A program made the translations under genes and the position numbers. Of a stretch of DNA of 49,330 nucleotides, positions 12,021-24,965 are shown piece by piece; positions within the stretch are counted from its first letter, which is position 1, and the number at the start of each line of letters is the position of its first letter. The notes beneath the pieces are model-generated. The model did no database searches, had not been told where the DNA came from, and worked only from the letters and a program-made list of their open reading frames with translations. This DNA is from Veleropilina oligotropha (Eukaryota). Where the stretch lies: the NCBI GenBank assembly GCA_048128005.1, contig JBEUKZ010000056.1, positions 1 to 49,330 on the forward strand, given 5' to 3'.

Positions 12021-13204
12021 ATTATTATATGCCAGTCGTTTTCTGACGCCTATTCTCGCGCAGTTTTCCGAGACCCTGTATCACGGACACGGCTGATATC
12101 GTTTCAGAAAACGTCTCCTGCTTATATATGCACAAGAAACCGTCTCCTGCTTATATATTCAAGGAACTACTTCCAAAGCAGTCACGTGTCAAAACACAGC
12201 TGTTCACATTCAATAACGATCTGAGTGGACAGAGGCAGGCGTCATTTGATTAAAATACCATAGATGAAAATACCATAGAGAAAAATGTACAAAATTAGAA
12301 ATTAATTATTATATATTAGAATAAAATGATGTACATGTATGCAAAAAATAATTATTTATAAGACTTACTTGCACAGATTAATTAGCAGTACGCCACTAAC
12401 GTCGAGAATGCGTGCCCCATTTTGGCGTACAACTGTACAGGGATTACAAACGGTAGCGACCAGACGATCTTCAGAACTCAACGAAATACCCCTTTTATCT
12501 GTCCATAAACCACGCTAGAAAAGCTGCTGGTAATTTGTACAAATCTCAACCTCTTGGCGAAGGCAGTATCCGTAATGGTAATATGCGATTATGCTCAACA
12601 TTGCGCCCGGCACATTACCGGGAGAAGAAGATATAACAAATGGCGGTCTTCATGGCAGGAAAACAAATCACGAGCTCACGTACGTTCCGACGTCCTCCCG
12701 TACCATATACATAATAGTCCCGTTCCAGTCAGTCCTCGAAGCAGCATTCAAATATCCTTATACACCTGCACTTTCAGCATAGCCATAACAATTAATTCAA
12801 CTGTATAAACGAACACGTCTGACCACGTTACTTGTTTGTTCCTTGTTCATTCGCCTAAGAAATAGTTCCCATTTAATCGCCTTAATTTAGATTCACGAAA
12901 AGCGATAGATGGTAAATAATTAGTTAAATATTATATAAATGGTATTTCTAATACATGTCAGAAATTTTTTTGCTTATAAATGTGTTGTTGTAAAATATAC
13001 GGCACAACGCAAATTGTTCACTGGCCTACTGTCAAAATAGAGTAAGACGTAGTAAGTTTCATTCATAAAAACAGCATAACATGTATACTGTTCCACGTTG
13101 TCATATAGTTCGTTATTTAAATTAAACCGACAATTTCTTCACATAAACTGGTTTGTATTTTTTCGTAAAATAATTGACAGGATTGATTGTGGCATATAAT
13201 AAAA

Positions 13205-13374
13205 ATGTTATCAGTATTGTGTGGATTCTGTCACCTCGGAAACCTCTCGTGAGGTCGTAGTTTTTGCGGCGGATTAATCCGCTCGAACGTCGTTCTCGCG
13301 ATTAATCCGCCGCAAAAACTACGACGTCACTCGAGGTTTCCGAGGTGACAGAATCCACACAATACTGATAACAT
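13205..13374. mobile_element. Near-perfect 170-bp palindromic MITE
   Basis: Arms ATGTTATCAGTATTGTGTGGATTCTGTCACCTCGGAAACCTC..GCGGCGGATTAATC and its reverse complement, with about 3 mismatches. Confidence 0.85.
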
Positions 13375-14482
13375 CATTATATAAAATAAATTACGGAAGC
13401 GTATTAGGGCCACAAAGAAATAAAATAAAAAGTCGAAATTTCGTCTATAATGTCGAAATTTCGACTTTTAAAGTACGTCTGCTGCAACGCCTAAAACAAT
13501 GGGTCGAATCCCATTCGGAATATTTCCGCTGTAATCAGTATAAAAGCATCTCATCGTTCTAAGTTTCAAGACAATCTTTAAGAGAAGAATTGTTGTCCAA
13601 TATAGGCCTAATTATTATAAATATCGTTTGATGAACCGATGTTAAGAGTATGTGATGATTCAAATCGAATATTTACTTTGAGGTAAAATGTGGTCATCGG
13701 ATAGTTTCATTGTATAGACATTTCGAACTATAATGAATCACGAACTTAAAGGGAATGCTTCTACTTTGTAGGCCTACACAAAAATGGGCTTCTAGTGACA
13801 TTTACTACACCCATATTTATTTTTATTTATTGCATACAGTCTTGTTAGTTTACTTACTTTCGGGACTATCAAATCCTGTAATAAAAGATAACATCCACTA
13901 TTTAATGTTTTAAATTGACGTATTTAATTATAGATTAAATTAAGCGAAATATGATGCATTGGTTTTATTAAGCAAGGACACACAACCAAGCAAAGATAAC
14001 ACAGAAAGCATATAAATATTAACATTTCTTCGGTGGTCCAAAGATACATAATTACAATAACACAACAATATATTCTATACACACATATTAATACAAATCA
14101 CGTTGTCTGATAATATTTAACATTTCTGTAATTATCCAAGACTCTGTTCACTGTTTGAGACGTATCTCAAGGATTGGTGCAACACTATCAATTAGACCTA
14201 CCGACAAGAATATATGTTTAAATAATAATGGCGTCTTCTAACTGCATAACTACAAGATACAACATCTATCCGGTTTATATTTCACTTGAAAATCAATTAT
14301 GTTATAGGTTTTCATCGATCTGATCTTCACGGTTTTATGTTGATTGAATTTACAGTTAGGCACAATTCAATCAGTTTGCGTTCTATAAAAATAAGCTAAT
14401 ATTAAAAACCAAATGGATCATACTCAAAATGTATGTATTTGACATTTTATATGATGGCATAGCATACTATTTTCAAAACAAG

Positions 14483-14736
14483 TGGCCTCCCCGATAGTCG
14501 TATGGCATCAAGTGTCAACTCTGAAATCACTGGATCGATTGCGGTAATTAAGATGAGTGGGTTCGAATCACGGCTGGGGCATTAACATTCTTTGTTCGGT
14601 TATCAATCACAGTTGTCCGTAGCTGGCCAGAGAGGGCGTGTTTCGCCTTGAGACCGACCTTTTCTCCCTCGATAATATGGACATGTCCTGCCTTGAATCT
14701 GTTGGTTGAAAATATTCAGGGTATTAAGCATCAAAC
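14483..14736 (+). mobile_element. tRNA-derived SINE (same family as 17200-17455)
   Basis: B-box GGTTCGAATC at ~14560. Shares CAGTTGTCCGT..CTGGCC..GAGGGCG and GGACATGTCCTGCCTTGAA with the 17.2-kb copy. Confidence 0.75.
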
Positions 14737-15039
14737 AGGTTTTCGGTCGATCTACAAAATTTTCAGCGACAGAATTGGGCAAAATACTTTCAGCCATTTT
14801 GACTTTCGGTTAATATGTGAAGTAGCACATGATAAATTATGCTTCCGACAGAAGCGATCATATGGTAGTTTGGATATGTTATCCTGCATTATTTCAAGGA
14901 AAAAATAGAATCAGAAGATACTAAGTAGAACAAATCTCCTTACAATAATATGAGGAAACTGTTCGAATTAATATTTTATTTGTTATGAAATCCGAAATTT
15001 CTTTATCAATGTGCTTTACTTACTGATATTGGTATTGAA

Positions 15040-15250
15040 ATTGTGGCTTATTGTCACGTTTAACAGCTACGTTCGTTTTGGGATAATTATGTCTATATCA
15101 TCGTTGAAGGAAAGGCCGGAATACCCGGTAAACTGACTGATGGGTCTAAATCCAATTCGTCCGATCTTGAACCTACGAGCTCGAATAAGCTCAGTCAGTG
15201 AAAGTGGATCTGGAGCAACTTACTAACCCACTGCACCACGGAGGCGGTCC
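15040..15250 (-). mobile_element. tRNA-derived SINE remnant
   Basis: Minus strand GCCTCCGTGGTGCAGTGGGTTAG (A-box-like), GGTTCAAG (B-box-like), and a V-domain-like CCGGGTATTCCGG. Confidence 0.6.
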
Positions 15251-17199
15251 CTCTGTTTTACTATATACTTAACAAAAGCGCATCGGCATTGGCATTAATG
15301 TTATTAGTCATATTAAGATCCTAATTTGTAAATTTTACTGTAGTTTATGAGCTTGCCAACTGAATCATTTGTCTTCTTTAAAATGGAAACAAATGATATG
15401 TCCCACAATGACAGTTTCATGCCATGTTAACACATTGATGATAGAGTGTTATACACTATACAATGAGTGTACTTATAATTTATTAATGAAACTTTCATCT
15501 CAAAATAAAATAATTTTACAAACGACGGAACTTTACTCTAGCAAGTATGGCCTAAACAAGCACGAATACGTGCGAAACCCACGCCAACCCGTCTAACACC
15601 CGTACTGGGCCATAGGCCTACCATAACATATCCATACCACTTTAAAGTAAAAGTCGAAATTTCGACTTTATAATGTGAAAATTTCGACTCCAGTTATTCC
15701 AATTGTTTGGGCTATAACTTGAAATAAAGGAGCGACAGGCCTTAGGAGTTCTATTATTCAGATATTGTTCAGATGTGTATCATCAACCGACAATAACATG
15801 AAAATATCTCTCTGAGAACATATGAAACCTATTGAAAATTGTGGTCCATGTGAACAAATCTCATATGAAAATTGAATCTATTGGTCAAACAATTATTCAA
15901 GGAACTCGACCACGGATGAATATCACACGTCTCCAGGTAGGAATTGGAGTCCAATTCTACCTTTATTTTCGTTCGAAATTTCTAATTAACACGCTTAATG
16001 GTCTCGGATGGTACTCATCATTTTCGTAACGGAGATCATTAATTATTTGAAGCCAGTGCAAATAGATATCAAGTTACAGAAATTACTGATGTCGATCCTG
16101 GTATATATCTTCAATTATAGCTGATAACTTGGACCACAACCTTAGAACGTTGGATGGACGCAGTGCGTTTGACGGAATATGAATTATTGGTGTGGTATTC
16201 AAAGTACGAAGCGAGCTCTAGCAGTCTCACGAATTTCTGTCGCAACAGATGATCTGTTCTCTTTAAGATAGATTGTTTTACATTTCTTTAAATCAATTGG
16301 CAATACATTCCCAGACATGGCGTATACAAACTTACTAATTACGAACGCAGACATAATGTCAAATATTATTTTACCTATCAGATATCAAAGCTAGGATGTT
16401 TAGGAACGATGCAGATCTTTAAAGAAGGCAAATACCTCTGATCAGTCTTCAGTTACAATCTTGATCGATAATATTCTCATTTTGTGGTTTAACCAAATAA
16501 TATGACATAAACTCCAGTAATCACGTTTTACCAAATAGTCCAACCCTGAATTTCGGTTATTTTCACTAAGATTGGGCGGATTCCTGGGTTGCATCGGCCG
16601 CATTATGAGCGAGTTTGTTCCCGACTCCTCAAACGTGTAATGCTGTTGATCATTTATTGGATGATGATGATGTTCGTCCATCGTTGTGCGAAGATGACAA
16701 GACATCAGGTTGTTTCAGATTGCTTGGTTTTTATGTGTCCGGAGACGACTGATCAGGACAATCCGGGCTCGAAAATATATCTAATATGTTAGGTGCATGT
16801 GTTCGGTTGCTGATGTGGATGTGTTCGCTGGTCTCATCTTATCACTGACTTAATCCCCAGTGGCTCTTTTCCTAGATGACAACTCACCTTTCAGAAGCTG
16901 TTTAAGGAGTCGATCATATGCCATACGACAGAAGTGGACCGTCAAATGAATTTGCGATCGCTGCAAGATGGTGTAGACTGATTGGAAGTTGAGTTGTAAT
17001 TAAAGGTGCTGCAAGTGCAATCAGGGGACATGGGCTTGTTCATAATTCGCTCAACGCGATGATTACACCATAACCTTCAAACCCTCATATCCAAGAAACT
17101 GATATGACAGATGATGATCTACCAATTTTAATTTATGAAACATGCTGGAATGAAACAAATTCGATCATAGCAGATGCATTTAAAACAGGGGGGGGGGAG

Positions 17200-17455
17200 G
17201 AGGAATTATGCTTAATGTCCTGTATATTTATAACATCGAGGTTCAAGGCAGGACATGTCCGTGTTATCGCGGGAGGAAACCCCGGTCGCCGGGTAAACCC
17301 GCCCTCTTCGGCCAGTCACGGACAACTGTGCTTCATAACTTGAACAAATGTGTGCTGCCTCAGCCGGGGGTCGATCCCACTACTTTTCGCGTCAGCGGAA
17401 ACAAGCCAGTGAATTTAGAGTGGACACTCTACCCACTGCGCTACCGAAGCGGCCA
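17200..17455 (-). mobile_element. tRNA-derived SINE with V-domain-like body
   Basis: Minus strand GGCCGCTTCGGTAGCGCAGTGGGTAGAG (A box), GGGATCGACCCC (B box), GGTTTACCCGGCGACCGGGTTTCCTCCC. Confidence 0.8.
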
Positions 17456-17721
17456 TCATTTAAAACAAGCACACGTAGTGGTGCAATAATCTAGATGGTG
17501 AACCTATCCATGTGAATTCAAAGCTTCTTTTGCAGAGATTGCTGACAGCAGTCAATGGTTTATTCAAAGACAATTCACAGTAATTATTAATTTTCTTTGA
17601 CTTAAGCTGTTATCCTTTATCACAATTTGGAACATCAGAACTTCCCAGAGAAACAAAATTACAGTATTAGCTCTAATGTTCAGCGCCAGAAACAACATTT
17701 GAAGACAAGCAGTGTGTTATT

Positions 17722-17828
17722 ATAAGTTATCGAACGACGTCGCGGTAAACACGGTGTATTGAATACCGCCTAACGTTAGGCGGTATTCAATTCACAGTGT
17801 TTACCAAGACATTGCTCGACAACGTATT
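17722..17828. mobile_element. Palindromic MITE
   Basis: Perfect central palindrome TTGAATACCGCCTAACGTTAGGCGGTATTCAA with flanking inverted arms. Confidence 0.65.
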
Positions 17829-17920
17829 TATCTTGATTTCTATATCCTGTCTTAAATATCTTACCTAATTAACTTACTTCCGAATTGGCATAACACTGTT
17901 GTTATTTATAATGAAAAGCC

Positions 17921-18092
17921 TGGCCGTGGTTTACGGCCAGTTAGTAAAATGACGGCAGCCAATCAGAACAGAGGATTCGCGGCGAAATGACGTCACCGTG
18001 GTACAACGATCCATGAACCACGTATGGCCGTGGTTCATGGTCAGTTAACAAAATGACGTCAGCCAATCAGAACAGAGGATTCGCGGCGAAAT
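17921..18092. repeat. Two direct copies of a ~68-bp unit, period 104 bp
   Basis: TGGCCGTGGTT..CAGCCAATCAGAACAGAGGATTCGCGGCGAAAT occurs twice. Confidence 0.85.
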
Positions 18093-20237
18093 CAAGATAA
18101 TGAGAGATAACCAATTGCATATCGAAATTCAAAAAATTTCACCAAAAGTTAAATTCACCGGGGGTTCGTCCAAAGAAGGACTACTTTCTGGTCAATACAT
18201 ACCATGAGCTTGATATATATATATGATGGATAGAACTCCTAGGGCCTGTCGCTGTTCCATTGTTCGAAGTAAAAGCCCAACCGATGCGATTTAACTATGC
18301 CCACTAATCATAGCACTTTTGAACAAAGGCATTGACGTGATGTCGGACTCAATTGAGTGGAGAAGAGTCGACTCTCATATCGCGCCCATGACATATTATA
18401 GCCTATATATATGTATTTAAGGAGTTACATCTTGCAAATTGCAATATATTTTCTTGGTATTTGTAACAGATAAATACACTTACACTCTAGCTGATATATA
18501 AATAACGCCCCTCATTAAAGTTCGGCTTCTTATTTGTGATATCAGCTCATGTCGCAATGTATTATAGAATGCATAAATACAATAAAGAAATCATCATCTA
18601 TATAATGAATTCGAAACCAATATGCAGTAGAGGGCCCATATATGCTTTTTGTAATATTAATTTTTCTACCTTAAATTTGTCATTTGGGAAGATACCGGCC
18701 TAGCTACTCTTTCTTCATTGGTTCTATACTGATCCCAAAGATGATTGCGTTATATGCATGTATTTATCACATATATTTATAATCTCTCCATGAAAAAATG
18801 ACTTTACACATATTAAAGATGCTGAATCTACATTCGTATGATATTTCGTATAAAAGAAAATTATAAATACGATATGGTATCCATACATGACATGTTTTTA
18901 GGACGAAGGAAAAGTTAAAATGCAATAAAAGGTGTTGCTAGCATGTAATAAAACTTCAGCCGACGTTGTATTTTAATCAGCGCGTCAATCCTCCGAAGCG
19001 ATCTTATCTCATTTATCGGGGACGGACACATCCGATCGTTATTGGGTCAAACGTCACGTGGTCCCGTCGATTTGATTGACACATAGACTTAAATATGATT
19101 ACGTCTATGATTGACATCACACAGCAAGCAAAATGGAGGTCAGTGTTTATCGGTTCGTTGAAATTGATGTATTGCTTTGAAACATATAGCTACTTTCTCA
19201 TAATTGTAGTATATGGCAGCAATACTAACATAATAACCATATTTATTTCACCAACTAATTAGGCCTATTGCGCACCGCGACATTGTAATGACATGGGCAC
19301 TCACTGTTTCAAGTGCTTCACTGTTTGTTTACAAGTTGAAGTAGCCGCATCCAATTTTCCTTTATAGCGTTATTTATTATTTCAAGTTTTTCGCGTACAT
19401 CCATTTCACAGTCGATAACGGCGGCCTGCTTCTCTTTCTCGTGTCGACATCCGCCATGGAAACCGATATAAACAAACTCAGACAAGGTCGACCTTGAAAT
19501 GACCCGGTAGATCGCGAGAGTGATTTAGGGCGGAGCCAAGTGACGTGTTGAGCCGTCGTTCATTTCCGTATAAATCTCACGTACAATCGGCTCGAATTAT
19601 GAGCGCGCGCTCATAATTCAATAAATAAATTCAAATATTTATTGCTAAGTGAAAAACAATTTTGCGGTGTGTGGTAATGTCTGAAACGTCCTAACTATAT
19701 GCAATAAATCAATGCAGAAAGTGTAAGATACAACAGCATTTAAATACATTTTAGCGATCTGAAGTAGATCCTGCATCTTTAATATACTATTAACAATAAA
19801 TGCATGCATTATGTCGCGTATATGGTAATTGACAAATTTGCTAGGTTTTCTTGTCGTAATAAGTAAATACTTCTGCTTACAAACACCTCATATGGTAATG
19901 TAGCATATTTTCAAAATAATTCAGTGAAAAGACAATGTCATTAACTGATATAAAAATAATGTCATTAACTGATATAAAAATAAAGGATAACTGTTAATAT
20001 ATTGTCATTTGTTTAACTATAATTTTCTATCACATTTCCAACGACTTAAGACAAAAATTACAATAAAAGAGGACTCGATTTTCAAAATGTTCCACTAAAA
20101 AGATTTCTTAAGACTTTTGATAGGTCATCCTTATTGGTTTCGTCTATAGGAAAAACAAGAAATAAATTATTTTGATGTTTGGGTCTTTTTCACTGTATAT
20201 TGACTGGACTAGATCTAGTATGAGCCTTTGGCAACAA

Positions 20238-20343
20238 TATATAATAATGTGAACATTTATCTGCGCTTTCCCACACATACGAGATGCGTGCTCAAAGCGC
20301 TTACATTATTATTCCCTGGATATTGGCCTGTTCATTCTATATT
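20238..20343 (-). mobile_element. 3' part of a SINE split by a LINE insertion
   Basis: Aligns to 1840-1937 (ACATTATTA..CCCTGG..GGCCTG). Continues at 34451. Confidence 0.75.
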
Positions 20344-21384
20344 GCAAAGATTCAAAGATGCTACAGGAACTAGATCATATGGACATCCCTTGTTTTGTGG
20401 CGAAGAAACTTAGTAGATTACCGCCAGTGTCTGCCAGCCACATTGATATATCCACATTGCTAAGATAACTTAATGGTCTGAAGGTCCAGATGATCGATGT
20501 GGTAGAACAAATCAGTGTGTTAAATACGACTCAATCATCGGTTGTCAAAAAAATTGATAAACTGGGAAGCAAAATTGAGCACCAAATGAGCCCTCCTTGT
20601 ACAAAACAGCGTAGTAAAGGGTGTGCAAATGCGACGCCTGTTTATTTACCGACAGATAATATGTGTGGAGAAACAACCCCAGTGGGAAATCCACTAACCG
20701 AGTCCTCGAGTGCTTTGACGCGTACAGGTGCATCTCATAATGATAACAGTGGTACACACGCCTCGTGTTTGCCAAACCTGGGCGGTAATGATGTAACCAT
20801 TTCTCATGTTTCAATTCCGCATCCGGAGAATAGTGTTCGTAGCAATGTGACGACACTGTCCGCATGCTGGTGATGTTTCAGATAGGCGTCCGACTGCTGT
20901 TCTGTCGTCTTATGCTGATATTCTGGCTTCTACAAACTCTCCCAAGAGAGCTGTTGCTGCCAACAGCTACAGGTTTACCACAGTACGAAACAAGAAGATG
21001 ACCAGTGGTTCGAATCTACGAGGCGTGCGGTCTTACCCTCCTGTTGAGCTATTCCTTACCAGGCTTTATCCAGACACCTCTCCCGGTGACGTTTGCCAAT
21101 ATGTTAAAAAGAAAGCTGACATTGCTGTGCAATGTGAACGTCTGGATACGCGATACCAGACTTACGCCTCTTTCCTGGTGAGTGTAATTGGACGATTCAC
21201 CAAGAAACTCCTGGCTAAAGATTACTGGCCTGAAGAAGTGCTCGTACGCAAATTCTATCGCCGTCGGCAGAATAGAGATAATCCTTCCAATGGACGATCA
21301 TACAGGAACACTAGATATGATAACTATGATCAGGAATACGACAATGGCAGAAAACGTGACCGACAATGGTTTAGTGATGAATAA
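20344..21384 (+). pseudogene. LINE ORF1 remnant
   Basis: IPCFVAKKLSRLPPVSASHIDISTLL and the C-terminal LFLTRLYPDT..V.CERL..YASFLV..WPEEVLVRKF domain. Contains a stop and frameshifts. Confidence 0.75.
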
Positions 21385-21419
21385 TATGACTATTAAGTAG
21401 ATATACACGCCACTCTTAC

Positions 21420-22765
21420 ATTATGAACAAATAACATCTTTCAATTGTAAATATCTGAAGTCATCTGTGACGGAAATACGTTCACTGTGCGCCTTAAGTG
21501 ATGTTTGCTTACTACAAGAAACGTGGCTTACGAACTCTGAACTAGAAATATTACATTCTCTTCATCCTGATTTCTATGGTCGGGGTATATCGGCTGTTAA
21601 GGACGATAGTTTGCATAAAGGACGTCCTCACGGTGGAATTGCTTTTTTATGGAAAAAATGTTTAGGTAATAGTGTCACCTTTGTTGACTACGATGATTGC
21701 AGAATTATTGGGCTTCGAATTGAATGTGATATACATAAATTGTTACTTTTATGTGTATATTTACCGACTGATTGTCCCGAAAATAATGAATTGTTCTCTG
21801 ATTGCCTTGGTAAATTGAAAGTCATAATAGATGAATATGACATCCCAAATGTCATGGTTATGGGTGACTGGAACGCTCATCCTTTTAGGAAGCTTGGAAA
21901 GGATCTCGAGCTCTTTTGTGAAAGTAACAGCTTATACCAATCTGATATTGTTATATTACCATGTGATAGCTATACTTTTTTCAGTGAAGCTCACCAATCC
22001 ACATCTTGGTTAGATCATTGTATATCGACTGCTCATGTTAACTCTGCCATAGGGGATATGTGTATTTTATATGACTATGTATCTTCCGATCATCTCCCTT
22101 TACATGTCAAGTTAAATTGGAAAGTTTTACCGGTTTTAGAAAACCATCAAAATCGTCTTCCTAAATATGCAGTTGAATGGAGTAAACTTAATGAAGCGGA
22201 ACTTACACATTATATAGAACTCACAAGAGCGAATTTAGACAATATAAATATTCCACATGAAGCTATATTATGTAATAATGCCGAATGTTGTTCTCATAAA
22301 GATGCCAACAATAACTATTATAACGAAATTACGGGTTCACTGATGGATGCTAGTAATCATGCTCTAGCAAAACAGAAAGTTATCAAAGATTTCATTGTTC
22401 CTGGTTGGAATGAGAACGTGAGTGACTTACATAGTCACTCATGTGCCTCTTTCTTGTTGTGGCGCGAACATGGTAGACCACGTACTGGGCCCATTGCAGA
22501 ATACATGCGTAGTACTAGGCGCCAGTTTAAGTATGCACTTAGAACATGTAGAAAGAACGAAGATTTACTTAGAGCAGATAAGATTGCTGAAGCATATTTC
22601 TGTCACTCCAATAATGATTTTTGGAAAGAAATTCACAATAATAATAGAAAGTCCTCGTTATTGCCTGGTAGGATTGACGAAGCGAATGGTGAAGTGGCTA
22701 TATCAGAGCTCTGGGTGATAAGTTTAATTCTCTTCTTAACTCTGTTACGAATGATACTCACAAAA
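21420..22765 (+). pseudogene. LINE ORF2 N-terminal part: APE-like endonuclease and linker
   Basis: LQETWL, GRPHGG, VYLP, GDWNA, SWLDHC, SDHLP. Frameshift near 22715. Confidence 0.9.
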
Positions 22766-22801
22766 TGAGGTTTTAATTTAAACCTAATATTAGTTAAAAC
22801 A

Positions 22802-23004
22802 TACTTACGTCCTTACTCTTGCCATAATAGTAATATTATCGCTAACCGGAAACAGTGAATAAGTCACATTATGCACTCTTTATAAGTCAAAACGTACCAC
22901 GATCACCCCCCCTGCTCCCGCTCTCCTAAGTTCCCCCAGCGAGATCTCGCCAAGTCTCGCGAGACTTCCGAACCATCGAAGTCACAAGACCTCAATTCAA
23001 AGTT
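22802..23004. repeat. DIRS-A 3' ITR (inverse of 32701-32902)
   Basis: Identical except for one C in a homopolymer (7 vs 6). Confidence 0.95.
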
Positions 23005-23062
23005 CAGAACCCCAAAGGAACTTAGTAGAGGGGAGGAATGCGAAGCAGGGTGGGTAATCGTG

Positions 23063-23152
23063 GTAAGGACGTAAGTATGTTTTAACTAATATTAGGTTTA
23101 AATTAAAACCTCATATGTAGTTACAAACTTACTTACGTCCTTACTCTTGCCA
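23063..23152. other. DIRS-A internal complementary region (ICR)
   Basis: 23063-23113 is the reverse complement of the left terminus and 23114-23152 of the right terminus. Confidence 0.95.
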
Positions 23153-23999
23153 GAATAACCTTGGATAGGTGGGTAAGAAGTTCCTTACAGCAAACCCAAA
23201 CAAGATAATGACTTACTTTTCACCATGTCAATCAGCTCGAAGCGTCGATTGTGTCCGCCCAGAGTGGAATTTACTGAGAATTATATTCAACTCTTACCAA
23301 GCGAGAATTTCGACCAGTGTTACCGGGAGAATACGCCGTGGTGTTAGTCGGACGAGGTGAACGGAAGTGCAATCAGCCCCAGGCACGGCCGGAAGGATGA
23401 ATCCCTGTAGGTCTTACGTGTCATGGGCCAGTGGCAGCCAAATGGTACTCCTGGCCAAAGGCCGGTAGCCAGAGGATGCAGTCGGATTTGTAAGCACACG
23501 GAACCTAATAGGTTGTGAAAGCGTGAAATCAAAAGCAAAGAATTAATAGATTATAATAAATAATCGATATTAATAATTGATTCGCATGACCAACTTGCGA
23601 AATGCTAACATGTACGACATGTCACTTAAAATAAAATTTTAAGGAAGCAAATATGTACGACATGTTACTTAAAATAAATTTAAAGGAAGCAAATATTAAA
23701 TTTTTTCAATGTCTTGAACATCGTATGGTCTATACAGCATAGAACATCAATAATATTGAACCTCAAATCTTATAAGTTTGTCGCAATATTTTTGTTTATT
23801 AAATTCAATGAAATCTGGCATTGTCAATATACTCAGGTATGACATGAAAGTATCAAGATCTTAAAATGTTTTTAAGAAATGAACAGACATTGAATCGCCT
23901 CATAATGTGTCTATTTCATAGAACAACGAGGCCAACAAAAAACAAAGCGTCAGCATGAATTATGTAAATTGATCAATCAACAAAATAATACTCACTGAT

Positions 24000-24965
24000 T
24001 AGACGACCTCGGTCTAACAATACATCGTTGAGCAGTTACAAGGTAGACTGCACAAGCCATCAGCCGCATGGAACAATCCCCAGAAAAGGCTTAATAAAGA
24101 CATTTTCGAGAGGCAACGCTGAGAAGTGAATCTGCGAAAACACGGACCTCGTGTGCGCGGAACGATACAAAAGTGCGGGCGGCCTACTTTTCACAGCGAG
24201 AGAAGTCTCTCACTACCTGTGAAAACCTCCGCGAACAGTCGTCCATGAAATGTCGCGGATACAAGAAGGTAAATACGAATAAAATATACGTAGTTTTCTC
24301 TGCCACGCAGCACGGATCCTGTCGAGGTAGTAACGTAGGCACGCATATTACAGATTCATCGGTCCACATCGGGTCTCTGACCAGCGCTAGGGGATAACGA
24401 TATCAGTTGCGTCGTCGATCGGCCGTTGATTCTTGGCGAGGTAACCCAAGATATGACGCCGCATCACCGACCCGTCGACTGGAAACGAACGTCTCGTAGC
24501 TCTGCCTAGACTATGAAATACGGAACAACACCTGCCCGACGCTAAGGCGATCAGAAAAACCTGTTTTGTGCGTTAAGTTCCTCATAGAGGACGGGCCCAT
24601 AGGCTAGTCGGGTAGAAGAGAGCGTTAAGAAATGAGAGCGATGTTTCAGGCTGGCCGAAGCGAACGGGTCGAAATTTGAGTTCGAGGGATCGCAGAAATC
24701 CACATAGTTCGGTCGCTAGGTAGGCTACCACGGGCACGGCACTCGCGACCGTTGCCCGATAGCTTTGACGGCGGACACTGACATACCGCGTTCAAAGAGC
24801 GACGATAAAAACTCAATAAACTTGTTCACAGGGGGCGGAGTATATTGACCTGCCGACTGTGACACCAATCCACGTACTTAACCCATCGGTAGTCATAAAC
24901 TTTAGTCGTGGAAGCCTTCTCGATCGGGATGCGTAGGGCTGTTGTGCGAGAAATTCTTTTCTTAG
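24000..24965 (-). pseudogene. DIRS-A tyrosine recombinase, inactivated
   Basis: FLIALASGRCCS aligns to FLTALATGNRAS of DIRS-B (catalytic R to C). RAHEVR is retained. The segment with the catalytic Tyr appears deleted. Stops and frameshifts present. Confidence 0.85.

Larger units (their letters stand above)
15691..18297 (+). mobile_element. Degenerate Academ-like DNA transposon with ~60-bp imperfect TIRs
   Basis: 15691-15751 and 18233-18297 are inverted (AGCGACAGGCC.TAGGAGTTC). Internal remnants SIGQTIIQGTRPR..LQVGIGVQ..SKFLIN.L..LG..SS, ADNLDHNLRTLDG..F.G..II and LRLGGFLGCIGRIM match large transposases I associate with Academ. Confidence 0.55.

Noticed and set aside
22801..22812. ATACTTAC resembling the U1 snRNA 5' end
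   Set aside because: No downstream U1 sequence. It is part of the DIRS terminal box.
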